From: Callorhinchus milii
Taxonomy: Eukaryota
Direction: 5' to 3'
Length of the DNA: 64,000 nucleotides
NCBI RefSeq assembly: GCF_018977255.1
Contig: NW_024704743.1
Span: forward strand, 868,001-932,000
Position numbers and translations under genes: made by a program. Below the pieces are notes generated by a model. It had not been told where the DNA came from and did no database searches. It saw only the letters and a list, made by a program, of their open reading frames with translations. This document shows positions 59,646 to 64,000 of the stretch, piece after piece (position 1 is the first letter of the stretch; each line of letters starts with the position of its first letter).

Positions 59646-62298
59646 GCTTCAGGTGATCCAATTACGGACCTTCTACCTTCTAAAGGACTGGGATTAAACT
59701 GGCAGCTGCATGTGTGCATTTATAGCCATCTCTTAGGTACTTAACATCAGTAGCTGTACATTCATTAATTCACTCGCTTTGTAAACACTGCTGTGCACAA
59801 GTGGCTGCTGAGTTTTGCACACAAAATACACAGTCAATCCACTTTACAACATATTCCGTGAACTGCTTGGAGATGTGTCAGCGATGTGATGAGGCGCTGT
59901 ATCAAATGCAAGGATTATTATTAGATTGCTTCTAATCCCTCCTTTTATTTAAAAACTTCATTGTTTTCCCAATTCTCCCCTCTCTATGCCCAAACCCATT
60001 TTATAGTTGACCAACTGAGATGAGCAGGGAACACTTTTACAGATTTCTCTTCACTTTACAGAGTTCCTTCACTTTGATTGGCTTTTAAGAGGTGCATTAG
60101 AGAGTCTGGGAGGTCCCTCACTGTCTCTTTTTCTCTCTCCTCCAGTTTTGAATGTAGGGTGAGTTCTGTCTTACTCCAGTTTCCTATCTGTAGTGCCTCC
60201 TCCACCATCTTTGAATGCATTCATCTTTTGGCGAAGGTAAGCGGGGTCTCATTGGAGCTGAACTGGCTCCAAGGTGACATGTTTGCCAGTGGAGTATCAG
60301 AATTGAGCCCACCCTCTGTGGCGGTCTCGGTAGTCCGGTTCCTGAGTCAGGTTGTTTGCAGTAGACTGGGGCACTGCTGATGACAGCCCAGCCTGGCAGA
60401 CCAGTCACTGGGGACAAGGAAGCCTATCATTCAGCTCCCGTTTCCCCTGGAAGCCAAAGCCCTAACAGCATGGGACGCTCCAAGCTGGACAAGCAGTAGG
60501 AAGTGCTCTCAATGGCAAGCTGTGCAGTTTTAGCTGCTTAAACTCCAGGGGTTACGCCGTTGAACAACCTGGCATCCCAAATATTGGCCTAATACTCCCT
60601 GGAATTCGGTCAGTGGGCTACATCCAAGTTTGGATTGGGTACGTACGGTGATGTGGTTCAGACACTTGGCTGGCCAGACTTTTTTTTAATGCAATTTAAA
60701 CGCTTCCTGTTCTATTGACAGGACAATTTGGGCAAATTAATTATTTATGGTTAAGTAATTGACTTCCACACTAATGACACGTGATCTTGTGTGTATTTAG
60801 CGGATAATCTGGCAAACCAGAAAGCTTTATCCTATAGACATCTATTTTGTTTCAGTTCCTATCACGTGTGACTTCAACGTTTACATTTAGAACCACAGAA
60901 AGGGTATCTTGTCTGCGTAGGATCTTTTGTGTAAATGTCACATATCGGAGTGCCTTACAGAACGCAGTTCTTTACTAATGAAGTAAACATTCTGCCTGGC
61001 TCAGCTGATAGTACTCTCACCTCCCAAGTCAGAAGATTGTGGGTTCAAGCTCAACATCGGGACTTTCAGTTCTAGCTGTTTGTAGGACATTGCTGGACTT
61101 AAGCTTGAGTTAATTTAATAACAATATTAATGACAAGGCACCCACCCAAACCCAGCTCGGTTGCTCAGTGTAACGTATTTTGAGACATCCTCGTGATGTG
61201 AAAAATACAAATTGTATTAAAGCGTGGTGGCAAACTTACAATGTGGTCAAACTTGCTTAAATTTAGAGAGTGAAAGGCAGTATTTAAATATAAATTTATT
61301 GCATTGAGCTGACTGCCTTCTATTTTTGAATAGCACCATGAAATTTTCCACTTGCTAAGGCCCCTCGGTTTACCAAATGACGGCAGCCTGAAGGAACTTC
61401 TCTCTAACAGAGAAAAGTTCTTTCTTCTTTTGCACCGAAAGGGTTGGCCCTTAGGAATGTTAGCGAGAAGTTCACTCAACAAACCTGGAATTCCACACGA
61501 CAAACCTGTTTATTAGCATGTGGACGAGTTGGAAGGTGTGACCCGTGTGAAAGGGGTGAGTGTGGGAGAGGAATGGAAGGAATTTCTACAACACTGAAGT
61601 GTGCATTGTGATTTTGATGCATCCGCGTCGGTGCCATTTATTGATGTGTTGGGGCACCGGGTCAGGGCAGCCAGACTGGGAAGTGGTAACCGTGTCTCCC
61701 TTACATGTTCCCGGCAGTTTTGCTGTGTGGAACGCAGGTCAGAAGGCAGAAGGATATCTCACAAAGCGCTTCACAGGATAAACTGCAACTGCGTATTTGC
61801 AGGCAGACATGACAGCCCCCATTTGTGCACAGCAGTGTCCCACAAGCAGACAAGAAGTGACTGCCACGTTTTATTTATAAACTGGATTTATGGCTTAAAT
61901 CAAGAAATGTCGCCCAAAAAGGTTGACCGTCACTGGACCAAATGAAACATCTCACTTGTGCTGAAGAGTACAACCAGAGGACACGGCCTGCGGTTGGAAG
62001 TGGGGGTAAATTCAAGACAAATCTGCGGAAACGCTATTTCAGGCAGCGACCAGTAAATGTATGGAACAGGCTCCCGAGGGAAGCAGAACGTGTTGATTCT
62101 TCTAAAAGTAAATTAGATAGATTTCTGTTCGGAAATAATATCTCGGGATAGATACAGTATATAGTTTGGGACACGCCATGTGCGTGAAACTGCTGGGAAG
62201 GCGAACTGGGTGGACCTCGGTCGTCTTTTGTCCAGCAAATTCCTATGTCACAGAAGATGTTGGTTCCCAATCGAGGTGTTAACTTGTCTGTTGCAGTG

Positions 62299-63066
62299 AT
62301 GGCAGGCCCCCGGCCTGTGGTGCTGAGCGGACCGTCCGGTGCCGGCAAGAGCACGCTGCTGAAACGGCTTCTCCAGGAATTCGAAGGGATGTTTGGATTC
62401 AGTGTCTCACGTAGGTAACATTTGTAATCGCAAGTAATCCGCACTTCGTCGAGACGCCTCAAAGCGCTTCACAGGAATCGCCTGCGTCAGCCCGGCCTCT
62501 GAGTCAGAAGCTTGCGGGTTCAAGCCCCGCAGTCGGGGACTTGGAATCGCTGAGGCCAAGGCAGGTTCCAACTGGCGGCCCGTGCGCCACATCCGGCCTG
62601 GGGGGGTTATTTCATTTGGCCAAAAGGTTTTGCAGGAAGTTACTTGTCCGCCGCTCACAATAATATTTCAGTTGTGCTTTTTTTTTTAAAAAAACAGATA
62701 CAACTCGGAATCCAAGGCCAGGAGAAGAGGACGGCAAAGGTTAGTGATTGTTTTCACTTGTAAACTGCTTCTAGAACGAAAAGTTGAACACTAAATTATT
62801 TGAGCTTCAAATAATAATAATAATAATAATAATCCGTGCCTTAGATACGGCGCCTTATCACGTCGTTGAGACGTCTCAAAGCGCTTGTTTTAAAGGACGG
62901 GAAGTTTCCGTTCAGCTATCAACAAAGTGCTGTTTGCTTGAGGTAATTTCCTGTTGGTGATTTATCCAGATTACCACTTTGTATCGCGGGAGGAGATGCT
63001 TCGTGGGATTCAGGCTGGGGAATTCATAGAAAGCGCTGAATTCTCCGGAAATATATATGGAACCAG
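62299..63066 (+). CDS. GUK1: Guanylate kinase, catalytic exons (gene continues beyond window end)
   Basis: Exons 62299-62410 (acceptor at 62297; [38 protein letters not shown]-loop GPSGAGKS), 62698-62739 ([14 protein letters not shown]), 62970-63066 ([32 protein letters not shown]). GT-AG introns, phases consistent, guanylate kinase signature TTRxPRxGE. Confidence 0.95.
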
Positions 63067-64000
63067 GTGAGTGCAGGAACTTGGTCAACATCACCTTGTA
63101 TGTATTTGGAGAAGCGATTTACAGTATAATAATAATCCTTGCATTTGACACAGCGCCTTATCATGTTGATATATCTCAAAGAGCTTCACAGCTCTGTAGC
63201 GTGGAGTTGAATATGTTTTGTGGGTAAAACATGGGCAGCCAATATGCACAAACAGTCGTGGACTGAGTGTCCAGTTTATTATTATTACAACAGAATACAA
63301 TTTTCACTTGTTTAATGCCTTTCATGCCGGGCAGACACCTCAAAGCACCGCCCAGGATATACGGTAGAGTGTAGTGACTGTAGTTGAAGCCACGTGGATA
63401 GCCACCACATTTCCTTGCAAACACGGTCACTACACTTAAGAATTGATCACGTGAAGCACTTTGAGATACTTATACATCAGAATCAAGATTTATAATATTT
63501 TTGTAAAACGATCAGGGAGCGTTAGTTTAATAGAATTTACAGTGTCCTTCAGTGGGGTAATATCTTGAAGCTTAATTCTTGTATTTGATGTAAATTTGGT
63601 CTGTAATGCCAAAAGACAGGGAGTTTGTGGAAAGTATTAGGCTCAGGTAGGCAAGAGCCAAGGCTTGGGGATCCCAGAGTGTGTGTTGCCGTAACTGCTG
63701 GAGTCTAACCAACTAGCTTGCCATTAAGAAGCAAGCTTTCCTGCTGCTTGTCCAGCTAGGACCACCCTACCTGTTAGGGCTTCGGCTTGCAAGGTTAACA
63801 GGAACCGAGTAGGAGGATTCTCTTCCCCCCCAGTGACTGGTCCTCAATTTAGTATCTCAGATGAAGGATTACTCTGCTTATTGAATTGCGGCTGTTTGTG
63901 CAGTGAGGTTGTAGCACTAACCCGGCGTGCTCCCACTTTGCTTTTTCTAATGAAGAATCAATTAGTGAAGGATTTGCCCTTCCTAAACTGCTGGATATAG

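Overview
Vertebrate genomic DNA, not prokaryotic: spliced GT-AG genes in repeat-rich introns. The dense tRNA-head/L2-tail SINEs with (ATT)n tails, Deu-domain SINEs, and L2, CR1 and Penelope remnants suggest a cartilaginous fish, possibly a chimaera (inference). By hand-translating exons and checking splice phases I resolved four gene models. (1) GORASP1 (GRASP65), complete, minus strand, 9 coding exons, 18573->9101, ~450 aa. (2) TTC21A (IFT139A), complete, plus strand, 29 coding exons, 20836->45957, ~1317 aa, head-to-head with GORASP1. (3) The 5' part of GUK1 (guanylate kinase), plus strand, with a CpG-island first exon at ~47.4 kb adding an in-frame presequence-like leader, and catalytic exons at 62.3-63.1 kb. 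(4) A candidate unidentified coiled-coil gene, minus strand, 5269->3066, three phase-consistent exons. Most short ORFs in the track are artefacts of repeats and low-complexity DNA. Best second-look items: three tandem CTCF-like motifs and a perfect RFX X-box in the divergent promoter, the GUK1 leader and uORF, a minimal hammerhead-ribozyme fold in a Penelope-like insert inside a ~0.9 kb tandem duplication, a young SINE subfamily whose tail matches the local L2 3' end, and a locally templated fold-back insertion. I found no convincing wholly new multi-gene system.
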